A DNA stretch of 64,000 bases from Candidatus Methylomirabilota bacterium (GCA_046726415.1 JBKPAK010000107.1:1997-65996), one strand, 5' to 3'; positions 50,081 through 60,830 are shown, counted from the stretch's first letter. The notes: generated by a model from the sequence alone, not told the origin. Translations and numbers: made by a program.

Positions 50081-50968
50081 ATGAAGATAGGGCTATTGAC
50101 GGCGGGCTTGGGCCAGGCGGCGCATCCGCGCACGCTCCGCACGATCGCGGAACATGCCGAGCGTCTCGGCTTCGGCACGCTCTGGGCGCCCGAGCATGTC
50201 GTCCTGTTCGATCGCTACACCGAATCGAAGTATCCGTACTCCCAGGATGGGGCCTTCGCCGTCCCCAGCACGACCGACTGGATGGACCCGTTCGTGGCCC
50301 TCACCTACGCCGCCGCGTGCACCAGCAGAATCCGCCTGGCCACCGGCATCTGCCTGGTGCCCGAGCACAATCCGCTGGTGCTCGCGAAAGTGATCGCGAG
50401 CCTCGATTACGTAAGCGGCGGACGCTTCGCCCTGGGAGTGGGAATCGGATGGTCGGCGGAGGAATTCAAAGCGCTCGGTATTCCGTTCGAGCGACGCGCG
50501 CAACGCACGCGCGAGTACATCGCCGTGATGCGCAAACTATGGGGCGAGGAGAGCACCACGTTCCACGGTGAGTTCGTCAACGTCGACGCGGCGCGCAGTT
50601 TTCCCAAGCCGGTGCAGGGCGGCCAGGTGCCGATTATTTTCGGGGGCGAGAGCGCGCCGGCGCTCAAGCGGGTCGCGGAGTACGGCACCGGATGGTTCGG
50701 CTTCAACCTCACTCCCGAGGCCGCCACGGCCAAGGTCGAGCAGCTCAAAGGTCTGATGGGCGAGCGCGGACGCGCGCTCGGCGAAGTCGAGATCATCATC
50801 TCGCCCTATCTGCAGAAGGTCGCGCCCGGGAGCCTCAACGCCTACCAGGCGGCGGGCGTCAGCGAGATCGTTCAGCTCCTGCCGATTCCCGCCGACGAAG
50901 CGAAACTCCCGGACGTGCTGGAGCAGGTGGCGCGCGCCTGGGTCGAGCCGGCGGCCCGGCTGGGCTGA
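50081..50968 (+). CDS. LLM-class F420-dependent oxidoreductase (TIGR03619-like)
   Basis: MKIGLLTAGLGQAAHPRTLRTIAEHAERLGFGTLWAPEHVVLFDRY.... Confidence 0.8.
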   Translation: MKIGLLTAGLGQAAHPRTLRTIAEHAERLGFGTLWAPEHVVLFDRYTESKYPYSQDGAFAVPSTTDWMDPFVALTYAAACTSRIRLATGICLVPEHNPLVLAKVIASLDYVSGGRFALGVGIGWSAEEFKALGIPFERRAQRTREYIAVMRKLWGEESTTFHGEFVNVDAARSFPKPVQGGQVPIIFGGESAPALKRVAEYGTGWFGFNLTPEAATAKVEQLKGLMGERGRALGEVEIIISPYLQKVAPGSLNAYQAAGVSEIVQLLPIPADEAKLPDVLEQVARAWVEPAARLG

Positions 50969-51456
50969 CCATTTCAGGGAGCATTCAACTCGAGGCGGCA
51001 CCTCGATGCCAAGATGGTCCATGGCTTCGGTGCCGGAGTGTGCATTCGAGGTTTCCACCACGTGCCGTCCGCAACGAAACCCGCTGCTCGTAAGCGGCCG
51101 ACCGCCAGGGCGTGCTGCATGGGCCGATCGGGCGCAAGCCGCGCCGCGATCTAGCTGCCCGCGACCCGCCGCCCACTATCCCGCCGCGGCCTCCACAGCT
51201 CGGGTATAGAAGAACCTCGATCGCGAAGACACGTTCAACAAGGTCGCCCACGATAGAGCCGCTGAGCGCGAGGAAGGGTAGGCCGCTGCGCTCCGAAGGG
51301 TTCGGCGGCGCCCTCGAGACGTCAGCTCCAGGGAATGTTCAGCGCCGCTCCTCCCGGATGATGGCGGCGATCCGCTCGGCGAGGGCGGCGATGGTCTTCG
51401 ACGGGTTCAGGCCCAGCGCTTCGGGGACGATGACCCCATCGGCGACGTAGAGGTGA

Positions 51457-52446
51457 TCAGTCGATTGCTTCGCGCTGCCCCGACTGCGCGGACTTAACAA
51501 CCGCCTCCAGCACCGCGACGCCGTGCACCGCGTCGTCCGGCGGACACGCGTACGGCGTGCGCCCTTCGATCGCATCGGCGAACCCCTCGAGCTCGGCGCG
51601 CTCGCTGCTTGTCTGCGGATAGTCGATTGCCGTCGGTTGCCCGTTGACCATGCAGGTCGTCAGCGACCACGTGTGCAGATGCGGGATCGAACCGACCGTG
51701 GCCCAGCCCTTCGAGCCGAGCACCTGCATGCGCCAGCCCTCTGCCGTCGCGATGACGGTCCCGAGATACCCGCTCGCGCCATTCTTGAACTTGAACAGCA
51801 TCGACGTCGTGTCGTCGAGGCCGTAGTCCAGGGTGAGCCGCGCGCTCTGCGCGAACACCGAATCGATCCGGCCAGCGAGATAGAGCATCGAATCGACGAC
51901 GTGAACCCCGCGTCCGGTCATGCCCCCGGCGGGCCCTTCTTCCGCTTGTTGACGCCAGTGCTCTTTCGGGAAGCGATACACGCTCGGCCCGTTGAAATTG
52001 CCCTCAATGTGGAGCAACCGGCCGAGCCGGCCATCCTGCAGCATGCGCCGGATCTCCTGCAGCGCCAACTGGTAACGCCAGTTGAATCCCACCGCGAGCA
52101 CGCGCTTGGCGTCCGCGCACGCCTTCGCCGCCGCCTCGGCGGTGGCCCTGGTCAGCGCGAACGGCTTGTCGGTGAAGACGTGCTTGCCGGCGCGCGCGGC
52201 CGCGATGACCTGCTGCGCATGTTGCGTGTGTGGCGTCGCGAGCACGACCGCGTCGATGGTGGGGTCGGCGAGCGCCTTGGCGTAGTCGTCTACGAGAGTG
52301 AGGCCATACCGCGAGGCGAAGGGCGCCGCGCGCTCCGGCGTGCGGGCGACGCCTGTTGTGAAGCGGATCTTGTCGGTCTTGTCCTGGGTGCATTCCACGA
52401 GGTTCTGTCCCCAGCGGCCCACGCCCACGATGGCGGCTCTGATCAC
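51457..52446 (-). CDS. Gfo/Idh/MocA-family NAD(P)-dependent oxidoreductase
   Basis: MIRAAIVGVGRWGQNLVE... Rossmann fold; GTG start with RBS AAAGGAG; contains repeat copy 2 at 51637-51685. Confidence 0.8.
   Translation of the reverse strand: MIRAAIVGVGRWGQNLVECTQDKTDKIRFTTGVARTPERAAPFASRYGLTLVDDYAKALADPTIDAVVLATPHTQHAQQVIAAARAGKHVFTDKPFALTRATAEAAAKACADAKRVLAVGFNWRYQLALQEIRRMLQDGRLGRLLHIEGNFNGPSVYRFPKEHWRQQAEEGPAGGMTGRGVHVVDSMLYLAGRIDSVFAQSARLTLDYGLDDTTSMLFKFKNGASGYLGTVIATAEGWRMQVLGSKGWATVGSIPHLHTWSLTTCMVNGQPTAIDYPQTSSERAELEGFADAIEGRTPYACPPDDAVHGVAVLEAVVKSAQSGQREAID
51637..51685. repeat. 46-47-nt repeat, copy 2 (inside the Gfo/Idh/MocA coding sequence, codons for TWSLTTCMVNGQPT)
   Basis: Direct nucleotide comparison with 44733-44780. 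Confidence 0.75.
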
Positions 52447-52834
52447 GGTAGGCTCCTTTGCGTGCCGAGAGATCGGTCAGCGATGCGCGCAGCGACGGAG
52501 GGCGGTGCCGGACGCCGCGATGCCGACTGGGGTCTGGACAAGGGCGATGCGCTCGGCGAGGGTTTCTGGATCGATCGCGCCTCCTTGCGCTTGACGAGGA
52601 ACTGCGCTGGCTCCCTGAGCTCGCGCGTGGCTCGCCCGTCGCCGGGTCCTTCATCACGGCACCGCCCTGGGGGTCCGGACTGTCGCGGGTGATGCCCCGC
52701 TCGCGGAGGGCGAGGGTGTTGGCGATCACGACGTGGGCGCCGAAGGAGATATAGGTCGGGTTCCGGAGCGCGGCGTCCAGCTCCGCCCTCGCCGGCAGCC
52801 GGCGCTCGGCGCGCCGGCAGTCTGCCAGCGGGCT

Positions 52835-52936
52835 ACCACGCGCGATGATCCACCGCCCTCACGGCGTCACGGGCGTCCATGGTGAGCACGCGTCCATTCA
52901 CGAGCAACAGATCGGCGGCAAGCACATGAGGAGTCA
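52835..52936 (-). pseudogene. N-terminal 33-codon fragment of an amidohydrolase (deaminase/chlorohydrolase type)
   Basis: MTPHVLAADLLLVNGRVLTMDARDAVRAVDHRAW then a stop; the downstream frames give only short protein-like stretches. Confidence 0.35.
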
Positions 52937-53025
52937 TGGCATGAAGACCGGCTACTTCTTCTCCAGCACGGTACCATGCCTGTCTGCCTGGGCCTCTCAG
53001 CCCGAACGATGATACATAGGCGGAC

Positions 53026-54309
53026 ATGTCCTTCGTGACGCGCGGCTCGTTCACCGGCCTCTGGCGGGACCGCGAGTTCCTCAAGTTCTGGGCGGCCTCG
53101 GCGATTTCCGACGTGGGCTCGCAGGTGTCGACGCTCGCCCTGCCGCTCATCGCCGCGCTCATGCTCGGCGCAACGCCCTGGCAGATGGGCCTGCTCTCCG
53201 CCGCCGGTGCCGCGCCCGTCCTGGTCGTCGGTCTCTTCGCCGGTGTGTGGGTCGATCGGCTGCGACGCCGGCCGGTCATGATCGCCGCCGACGTGGCCCG
53301 CGCCGTGCTCTTGCTCGTGATCCCGCTGGCGAGCGCGCTCGGTGTCCTGACTATCGAGATCCTGTATGCCGTGGCCCTGCTCGCGGGCGCCCTTGCGGTG
53401 CTGTTCGACGTGGCGTTTCTGTCGTTCATCCCGTCGCTCGTCCGCGAGGGACAGCTGATGGACGCGAACAGCAAGCTCGAAATGACCTCGTCGACGGCCC
53501 AGGTGGCCGGTCCCGGCATCGGTGGCGTGCTGATCAGCGCCTTCGGTGCGCCGTTCGCGGTGCTGATCGATGCGCTGTCGTTCCTCGGCTCCGCCTTCTT
53601 CCTGCTGCGGACGCGAGTGACCGAGGCCGTCCCGCGGCGCTCGGAGCGTGACGGCGTCGTCGCCGAGGTCCGCGAGGGGCTAGCGGTCGTCGTCCGCCAT
53701 CCCATCCTCGGAGCGCTCGCGCGATGCTCGGCCACGACCAGCCTGTTCAGTGGGATGTTCCTGTCGGTGTACGTGCTCTACATGACGCGCGACCTCCGTC
53801 TGGGTCCGGTCGCCGTCGGCCTCGTGTTCGCCACCGGGGGCGTCGGCTCGCTGGCCGGCGCGCTCGTTGCAGGAGGGGTCGCGCGGCGGTATGGTCCCGG
53901 CCCGGCGATGCTCCACGCAATCATGCTCTTCGGACTCAGCGGCATGGCCGTTCCGCTCGCGGTGCTCGTGCCGCGCGTGGCGTTGCCGATGGTCATCGCC
54001 TCCGAGTTCGCCCAGTGGATGACCGTCGTCATCTACTACGTGAACGCCGTGAGCGTGCGCCAGGCCATCGCGCCCAATCGCTTGCTGGGGCGCGTCAACG
54101 CGACGATGCGGTTCCTGGCCCGCGGGGCGTTCCCGATCGGCTCGCTGATCGGAGGAGGGCTCGGTGCGACAATCGGTGTCCCCTTGACCCTGGTCGTCGC
54201 GACGTTCGGTTTGCTGCTCGCGTTCGTGTGGCTCCGGCAGTCGCCGGTTCGGAGCCTTCGGGCCATGCCCACGAGCGGGCGCACCGAGGGCGTGCCCGTC
54301 CCCGGTTGA
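53026..54309 (+). CDS. MFS transporter
   Basis: 427 aa with 12 predicted TM helices, MSFVTRGSFTGLWRDREFLKFWAASAISDVGSQVSTLALPLIAALMLGA.... Confidence 0.8.
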   Translation: MSFVTRGSFTGLWRDREFLKFWAASAISDVGSQVSTLALPLIAALMLGATPWQMGLLSAAGAAPVLVVGLFAGVWVDRLRRRPVMIAADVARAVLLLVIPLASALGVLTIEILYAVALLAGALAVLFDVAFLSFIPSLVREGQLMDANSKLEMTSSTAQVAGPGIGGVLISAFGAPFAVLIDALSFLGSAFFLLRTRVTEAVPRRSERDGVVAEVREGLAVVVRHPILGALARCSATTSLFSGMFLSVYVLYMTRDLRLGPVAVGLVFATGGVGSLAGALVAGGVARRYGPGPAMLHAIMLFGLSGMAVPLAVLVPRVALPMVIASEFAQWMTVVIYYVNAVSVRQAIAPNRLLGRVNATMRFLARGAFPIGSLIGGGLGATIGVPLTLVVATFGLLLAFVWLRQSPVRSLRAMPTSGRTEGVPVPG

Positions 54310-54481
54310 GTGCTGACGTCGGCCGCGCGCCACCGCGTGACGCCCGGAGAGCGGATGACGACTGCGGATCAGTCCGGATAGCCGCGCGAGGTCACGCGAG
54401 ATTCCGCTAGCATGGCAGGGCGCGATGTCCGACAGGTCCAGGGGGAAGCAGGCCAGCGCACCTCCACCACGAGGAGAAGCC

Positions 54482-55423
54482 ATGCCGAAAGCGGTATCGG
54501 GGGATTACCAATCTAAGGTGCACAAGCCAGATGACTTTGGGGCGTTCTGGGACGATGTGCTGCGGCAGGCGTCAACGATTCCGCTGGAGGCCGAGGTCAT
54601 CCCTGACCCGCTCCGGACATCGGAAGACATCGAAGTCTTCCAGGTCTTTTACCGCAGCATCGACGACGTGCGGGTGGCCGCCTGGTATTGCCGGCCGGCC
54701 GGCCGGGCAGAGCGAACGCCGGCGGTCATGCTCTTGCCGGGCTATCAGATGGACCCGCCGATACCCAAGGAGTGGGCGCGGAAAGGTTACATCGCGCTGT
54801 CCGTCGCGCCGCGGGGCAAGCTCCGCAGCATGGGCCAGTTCAACCCGGGCTATCCCAATCTTCTGACATACAACGTCGTGGACCGGCATACCTACGCCTA
54901 CCGCGGGTTCTACGTGGATACCTGGCGCGGCATCGACTTCCTGTTGTCGCGCCCCGAGGTCGAGCCCACGCGCCTCGGAGTGACGGGCAACAGTCAGGGC
55001 GGCGGCCTGACCATCACGACTGCCGCGATGCGACCAGAGGTGCGCGCGGCGTCGGCCGGGGCGCCCTACCTCTGCGGCTTCATGGATGCCATCGAGCTGA
55101 CCCATACGTATCCCTACGAAGAGATCAACGACTATCTGCGCCTCCATCCCGATCGTCGCCCCGAGGTGGAGGCCACCGTCACCTACTTCGATGGGATCAA
55201 CTTCGCCGACAGGATCTCCTGCCCGATCATCGTGAACATCGGATTGCAGGACAACGTGTGTCCCCCGGAGACGGGCCATGTGCTGTTCGACAGGATCGGC
55301 GCCGCAGACAAGCGCTTGTATGCCTACCACGGCCATGGCCACGAAGCCGGGCGCTTCCGGCACAGCGCCATCGTCGACCGGTTCTTCGCGCACCATCTCC
55401 TGGGCCGCGAGGTGAGCGAGTGA
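54482..55423 (+). CDS. acetylxylan esterase / cephalosporin-C deacetylase family (CE7/AXE1) hydrolase
   Basis: GNSQGGGL nucleophile motif; RBS GAGGAGAAG before ATG 54482. Confidence 0.75.
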   Translation: MPKAVSGDYQSKVHKPDDFGAFWDDVLRQASTIPLEAEVIPDPLRTSEDIEVFQVFYRSIDDVRVAAWYCRPAGRAERTPAVMLLPGYQMDPPIPKEWARKGYIALSVAPRGKLRSMGQFNPGYPNLLTYNVVDRHTYAYRGFYVDTWRGIDFLLSRPEVEPTRLGVTGNSQGGGLTITTAAMRPEVRAASAGAPYLCGFMDAIELTHTYPYEEINDYLRLHPDRRPEVEATVTYFDGINFADRISCPIIVNIGLQDNVCPPETGHVLFDRIGAADKRLYAYHGHGHEAGRFRHSAIVDRFFAHHLLGREVSE

Positions 55424-56334
55424 TGGAACTGACACGAGAGGCTTTTGGCGACTACTGGCAGCAGACCCTCGACGATCTCGCGCGCTATCCTGCCGCTCCA
55501 GAGATCGATCCACTCCCGCTCCGGACGACGGCGTTTGCCACGCTCTACGGCGTACGGCTCACCAGCCTCGGCCCCTATCGCCTGTTCGGCTATCTGAGCA
55601 TTCCCGCCGGCACCGGACCGTTCCCCGCGATCTACTATCCGCCGAAGTACCAGAGCGTCCTCGAGATCATCCCGCAGGGGACCGCGAACCTGCAGCGCAG
55701 CCGGTACATCACCTTTTCGCTCGCGGGGCGCGGGCAACGCAACGCCGACACGCCCTACGCCGCGATGTTTCCCGGTCTGCTCACCGAGGACATCGACGAT
55801 GCTGCCGTGTACATCTTCCGGGGCATCGTGGCCGACAGTGTCAGGGGGTTACAGTTCCTGCTGACCCGGCCCGAGCTGGACACTGCGCGAGTGGTCGTGA
55901 TGGGCAACGACATGGCCCTCATCACCGCCGCGCTGGCGGGAGGGGCGACGCATGTCGTGGCCGCGCCAGCGCTCTTCTACAAGACGGCCGAGCTGGCCCC
56001 CAAGTCCCCGGCGTATCCCCTGGAAGAGATCAACGACTACCTTCGGATGTTCCCGGAGCGTGCGGGGGCCGTGCGCCGCACCCTGAGCTACTACGACCTG
56101 CGCGCCTTTGCGCCCCGGGTCACTGCCACCACGCTCCTGAGGGTCGGTGCTCCGGGCACCCTGCTCAATGGGCTCGCCCTGAGACCATTGGTCACCGCGC
56201 TGCGAGGTCAGGTGGCGGTCCACGAATCCGAGCAATCCAGCTACAAGGACGGCCTCTACGCCGAGCAGTGGACGGCCGCGCAGTGTGGCATCACGGATGT
56301 CCAGAGCATTCTTCCGGAGCATTGGCGGGAATAG
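55423..56334 (+). CDS. second AXE1/CE7-like hydrolase paralogue, translationally coupled (TGATG overlap)
   Basis: MELTREAFGDYWQQTLDDLARYPAAP...; nucleophile position GNDMA. Confidence 0.7.
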   Translation: MELTREAFGDYWQQTLDDLARYPAAPEIDPLPLRTTAFATLYGVRLTSLGPYRLFGYLSIPAGTGPFPAIYYPPKYQSVLEIIPQGTANLQRSRYITFSLAGRGQRNADTPYAAMFPGLLTEDIDDAAVYIFRGIVADSVRGLQFLLTRPELDTARVVVMGNDMALITAALAGGATHVVAAPALFYKTAELAPKSPAYPLEEINDYLRMFPERAGAVRRTLSYYDLRAFAPRVTATTLLRVGAPGTLLNGLALRPLVTALRGQVAVHESEQSSYKDGLYAEQWTAAQCGITDVQSILPEHWRE

Positions 56335-56402
56335 CCGACACCTCGGGCGGTCCTGTTCTCTCCGATGCCCTGGCCGCCAGGGCCCCCGTCCTGATCGAAA
56401 TA

Positions 56403-57713
56403 TCATGGCTGGACGTTCACGGCTTGATCGGCGGCGCCCTCGAGCTGCGCGAGTCGGTGGGGAGGAGCAAGGCGCCACAAGACCAGCCCCGCCACACTGT
56501 AGGAGATGATGAAAGGGATCAGCGCGTAGGTGTAGCTCTGCGTCTGATCGTAGATCCAGCCGGTGAACACCGCGCCGGGTATCGACGCACTGCTTTGCAG
56601 CATGCCGATCCAGCCGCGAATCGTGGCGAAATGCCGGCGACCGAAGAAGTCGCCCACCAACGCCCACGTGACAGAGTTGATCCCCTCGCCACACGCAAAC
56701 AACATGGCGAAGAACACCATGGGCCAGAGCCCACCATCACTGAACGTCAGGACCACGAGGCCCAGGGCCCCCAGGAGCACACCGACCGCGCCAATCTTCT
56801 GTTTCGACCGCGTGTCGCCGAGCCATCCCATCAGCGGCCGGGCGATGACGGTGCTGAATGCCGTGAGCCCCACAAAGAACGCCGCCGTCGGCTGGTCCAG
56901 CCCCTTCCAAACCAGCAGCGGCACCAGATGGACGGATACTCCGCTATAGGGAACATTGCGTAGGGCATGGAAGGCGGCCAGCGCCCAGAAGGCCGGCGTC
57001 CGCAATGCCTCCTTGGCGGTGAACTCCTGGGCGTCGCTGGGCCGATGCTCGGGCCTGACCGCACCGGCTGATGGATTGTGCGCGGCGCTGCGCTCGCCGT
57101 CAGGCAACAACCCCATGCTCTCCGGAGAGTCACGGACGAGCAGCACGAGGGGGAGCAGCATGAGCACCACGAGACCGGAAAGGAACGCGGCCGGCCGCCA
57201 ACCCAGCGTCAAGACGGCGAGCGCCACCAGGGGAAAGATCACCACCCCACCGATCGCCTGGCCGGTCTGGACGATGGACATGGCGAGCCCGCGCTGCCTT
57301 CGAAACCAGTGGTTGACCGCGGCCATGGTGGCGTGGTTGAAGCCGGCTTGAAAACCCATGGTCAGGGGGCCCATGAACACCAAGACAAAGAAGACATAGC
57401 TATGGGTGAAGGACAGCAGCACAAACCCCAGCCCAGCTAACATCGTCCCGATGACCAGCATCACTCGGACATCGAACCGATCGATGAGATACCCCACGAG
57501 CGGGCCTTCCAGGGCGGCCTCGAGTCTGGCCAGGGAGAAGGGGAGAGAGGTCGCTGCCCGACTGAGGTTCAGCTCGGTGAGAATGGGGAGAAAATACAGG
57601 GTGAATCCGGTGTTGAAGGTGCCGCCCTTCACGGCGTCCTGGATGCAGCCGATGATCACGATCCACCAGCCATAAAACAGGCGACCCGGACCTTGCGTGA
57701 GCAGTCGCCTCAT
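56403..57713 (-). CDS. MFS transporter (OFA-like), paralogue of 19007-20255
   Basis: MRRLLTQGPGRLFYGWWIVIIGCIQDAV... shares the FYGWW N-terminal motif with the other MFS. Confidence 0.8.
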   Translation of the reverse strand: MRRLLTQGPGRLFYGWWIVIIGCIQDAVKGGTFNTGFTLYFLPILTELNLSRAATSLPFSLARLEAALEGPLVGYLIDRFDVRVMLVIGTMLAGLGFVLLSFTHSYVFFVLVFMGPLTMGFQAGFNHATMAAVNHWFRRQRGLAMSIVQTGQAIGGVVIFPLVALAVLTLGWRPAAFLSGLVVLMLLPLVLLVRDSPESMGLLPDGERSAAHNPSAGAVRPEHRPSDAQEFTAKEALRTPAFWALAAFHALRNVPYSGVSVHLVPLLVWKGLDQPTAAFFVGLTAFSTVIARPLMGWLGDTRSKQKIGAVGVLLGALGLVVLTFSDGGLWPMVFFAMLFACGEGINSVTWALVGDFFGRRHFATIRGWIGMLQSSASIPGAVFTGWIYDQTQSYTYALIPFIISYSVAGLVLWRLAPPHRLAQLEGAADQAVNVQP

Positions 57714-57794
57714 AGCCGCCTAGACGAGACGAGTGGAATCCTTCCCTCCCTCGGTTCGCGTATCAATGGTCACGCCACGTTCTCGTCATCGCGT

Positions 57795-58170
57795 TCATGT
57801 CGCCGACGGTCTCCATGCCCGCTTGGACATGGCGTCGACCTCCCTGATGATCTCCACGACGGCCCGACCATTGGAGGCCATGGCCTTCTCCAGCGCGGGC
57901 CGGATGTCCTCGGGACGCCCCACGCGAATATCGGCGCCGCCCATGGCCTCGGCCACCTGGGCGAAGTTCACCTCGGCTGAAGTGCCACGTCGCGGTCGCC
58001 CAGCCTCGCGGCTGGCCCTGGTAGGCGGCGGCGAAGGGGTGCTCGCCCGGTTCAGTGCATCGTGGTCGTTGACCAGCACGATGGCGTTGATGTTGAAGCG
58101 GGCGGCGGTCCCGATTTTCATGGTGCCGACACTGTATCCGGGAACCCAGGTGACTTGATAGTTGCCTCCA
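57795..58170 (-). pseudogene. C-terminal fragment of a TPP-dependent enzyme (paralogous to 38663-40354), frameshifted
   Basis: ...GTMKIGTAARFNINAIVLVNDHDALN...VNFAQVAEAMGGADIRVGRPEDIRPALEKAMASNGRAVVEIIREVD parallels the C-terminus of the intact TPP gene. Confidence 0.5.
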
Positions 58171-58240
58171 TTACTGGCTAAATCTGGGCGGCTGTGGAGG
58201 ACATCATCGGGTGAACCTTCCCGCCACAGGAGAGACTGAT

Positions 58241-59167
58241 ATGCTCCCAACTCCGGGCTTCCATCATCTTCATCTGAACTCCGTCGATCCGGCCGCGGCG
58301 ATCGAGTTCTACACCAAGCAGTTCCCGACGACCGCGAAGGTGAGCTGGGGCGCCCTGCCGGCGCTCGCATCGCCGAACAACGTCTTGATCCTCTTCACCA
58401 AGGTCGGCGCCGCGCCCGCCACGTCGCCGCAGACTGCGATCTGGCATTTCGGCTGGCATGTCACCGACACGCGCGAAAGCCTCGAATCCTACAGGAGCCG
58501 GACGGACGTCACGCTTTTGCCCCTCTACACCGGGGACGACGGCGGTACGGTCTTCGTCAGCAGCGACACCTGGCCGGGCACGGGCGGTGTGCTCGGTCTG
58601 ACGACGGCCCAGATCGCCGACGCCAAGGCCCGAGGCGTGCAGCCAACCCGCGCCGGCGGCTTCGGATACCTGCAGGGTCCCGACAATGCCATCGTGGAAT
58701 ACGCGGGTAACCGTCCGGCCGAGCGCTTCAACCACGTGCACCTGTACCACGAGGATCCGTTCTGTGCGCAGCTCTGGTACCAGAAGCACCTCAACGCGCC
58801 GGTGTTCGCGGGGCGCACGAGCACCACGCCCCTCACCGAGGCCACCTGCCGGGTGGCGCGCGGCCCCGATCGCACCTTCCCGGCGCTCGAACCAGCCGGG
58901 ATGTTCCGGACGCCGTCGGCCGCGGTCGAGTTCGGCGACGTCGCGTTGCTCTCGTACATGCGCCAGGGCGACCGACCGCTGGTGGACACGCGCGGGCATG
59001 TGTACGACCACATCGCGTTGAGCGTCGCCGATCTCGACGCCTGGGTCGCCAAGCTGCACAGCGAAGGCGTCAGATTCCTCGAAGAGCCCTACCAGCTCGG
59101 CGACACACGGGCGGTGATGATCGAGGGTCCAAGCCTCGAAGCGCTGGAGCTGGTCGAGATCAAGTAG
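58241..59167 (+). CDS. tandem-VOC (glyoxalase/extradiol-dioxygenase-fold) protein
   Basis: Two VOC modules, HHLHLNSVDP... and FNHVHLYHEDP...; RBS AGGAGA before ATG 58241. Confidence 0.7.
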   Translation: MLPTPGFHHLHLNSVDPAAAIEFYTKQFPTTAKVSWGALPALASPNNVLILFTKVGAAPATSPQTAIWHFGWHVTDTRESLESYRSRTDVTLLPLYTGDDGGTVFVSSDTWPGTGGVLGLTTAQIADAKARGVQPTRAGGFGYLQGPDNAIVEYAGNRPAERFNHVHLYHEDPFCAQLWYQKHLNAPVFAGRTSTTPLTEATCRVARGPDRTFPALEPAGMFRTPSAAVEFGDVALLSYMRQGDRPLVDTRGHVYDHIALSVADLDAWVAKLHSEGVRFLEEPYQLGDTRAVMIEGPSLEALELVEIK

Positions 59168-59173
59168 GTCACG

Positions 59174-59587
59174 GTGAGCTCGCCGAAGAAAACGGTGAGA
59201 TCCGCTGATCCAGCGCGTGCGGACCCCAAGGGGCCCATCACCCGGGCGGTGGTCGAGGCGATGGACACAAGCGATCCGCTCGCCGGCTGCCGCGAGTGGT
59301 TCGCGCTCCCGCCCGGCGTGGTCTACCTGGACGGCAACTCGCTGGGTGCGCTCCCTGGCACAACGCCCGAGCGTCTCGCGCGCGCCGTCGAGGCATGGGG
59401 GCGCGATCTCATCGGGAGCTGGAACCGCCACGCCTGGATCGGCTGGCCGCGCCGGGTGGGCGACCGGATCGCGCGCCTGGTCGGGGCGCAGCCGGGCGAG
59501 GTGATCGTCGCCGACTCCCTCCGCGAGATCCTGGCCACGCGCGCCTACGACCACCCGCAGTTCCGCGCCCGCGCTCTGGTAACCTGA
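59174..59587 (+). pseudogene. kynureninase N-terminal fragment (about 115 of about 415 aa)
   Basis: ...FALPPGVVYLDGNSLGALPGTTPERLARAVEAWGRDLIGSWNRHAWIGWPRRVGDRIARLVGAQPGEVIVADS matches the KynU N-terminus, then terminates; a convergent gene starts 65 nt downstream. Confidence 0.55.
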
Positions 59588-59651
59588 TCTCGTCGAGCGA
59601 CTCGGCGCAACGCGCTCCGCGTTCGACCAGGCTCAACCTGCAGTACTCCGC

Positions 59652-60830
59652 TCAGAGATAGCTGAGCCACCATTCCCGGCGGCGAGCCTTCATGTCCGCG
59701 AACCATCGGCAGGCCGGATAGAGCGCCAGGACGATCGCCATCCACAGGAGATAGACCGCGCCAAGGCCGATCCCGAACCCCGGCGGGTAGGCGAAAAAGA
59801 CGACGGCAATCTGCCGGATGCTGAACCCCTGCAGCAGCCCGACGGCGATGGCCACCGCGTGGATCACGTAGAGGTGCACGACGTAATAGAAGAACGGCAC
59901 CCGCCCAATGGTCGCCAGCGCATCCGCCACCCGGCCCTCCAGGCGCTCGAACCAGCCGAGCAGCATCGTCGCCGGGCCCAATGTCATCAGCAGGAACTGC
60001 AAGGACGGCGGGTACTTCGTCACATTGAAGAAGCTGACCAGTGTCGCCTCAAGACCTGCTTCCGCCGCCCAGGCCACGGGCTCGCCATAGAACGTGAGAA
60101 GGCGGAGCGCGAAGAAGGCAAGCGTCATGAGCACGCCGATCTGCACGAGACGCCGGGAACGCTCGGCGTCGGGCCGGACGAACACGGGTCCGATCACGTA
60201 GCCCAGCGCCATCACGCCTATCCAGGGGATCAAGGGATACGCGATCAACGCGACAGCGTTCCCGTTGACCGTCAACCGTCCCTGGATGTGCAGGAGCAAC
60301 CAGACGGGCGAGGCTTCGGCAGCGAATGGTTGCCAGCCGTCGAGAAGATTGTGGCCCAGGACCATCGCGGTGCCGATGGCGCCGATCGCGGGAAGCGGCA
60401 ACCAGACGAGGCCGGCCAGCGCCACCATCGACCAGCCAATCGCCCAAATCACCTGCAGGAGGATGAGCATGCGCGGCCCGACGTTGAAGTTCCAGGCGAA
60501 GTTGACGACGGTCAGCTCGATGAGGACGAGCCACAATCCCCGGCTCAGGAGGAAGCGCGCGATGTCATGCTTGCGGCGGCCATGGGCGCCATAGAGAAAG
60601 GCCCCCGTGCCGGCGAGCAGCACGAAGGTCGGGGCACAGATGTGGGTGATCCACCGGGTGAAGAAGAGTGCTCCCCCCTCCTGCGAGAAGTCGAGCAGGG
60701 CCGCCTGCGGCTGGGTCAACATGTCCCGTACATGGTCGAGCGCCATGAGGACCATGACGAACCCGCGCAGCATGTCGATGGACGCGAGGCGCTTCGCGCG
60801 GGGCGGGCTCGCGCTCGTGGTGTCCGTCAT
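59652..60830 (-). CDS. DUF1624/HGSNAT-like integral-membrane acyltransferase-family protein
   Basis: 392 aa ...ASIDMLRGFVMVLMALDHVRD... with multiple TM segments. Confidence 0.65.
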   Translation of the reverse strand: MTDTTSASPPRAKRLASIDMLRGFVMVLMALDHVRDMLTQPQAALLDFSQEGGALFFTRWITHICAPTFVLLAGTGAFLYGAHGRRKHDIARFLLSRGLWLVLIELTVVNFAWNFNVGPRMLILLQVIWAIGWSMVALAGLVWLPLPAIGAIGTAMVLGHNLLDGWQPFAAEASPVWLLLHIQGRLTVNGNAVALIAYPLIPWIGVMALGYVIGPVFVRPDAERSRRLVQIGVLMTLAFFALRLLTFYGEPVAWAAEAGLEATLVSFFNVTKYPPSLQFLLMTLGPATMLLGWFERLEGRVADALATIGRVPFFYYVVHLYVIHAVAIAVGLLQGFSIRQIAVVFFAYPPGFGIGLGAVYLLWMAIVLALYPACRWFADMKARRREWWLSYL

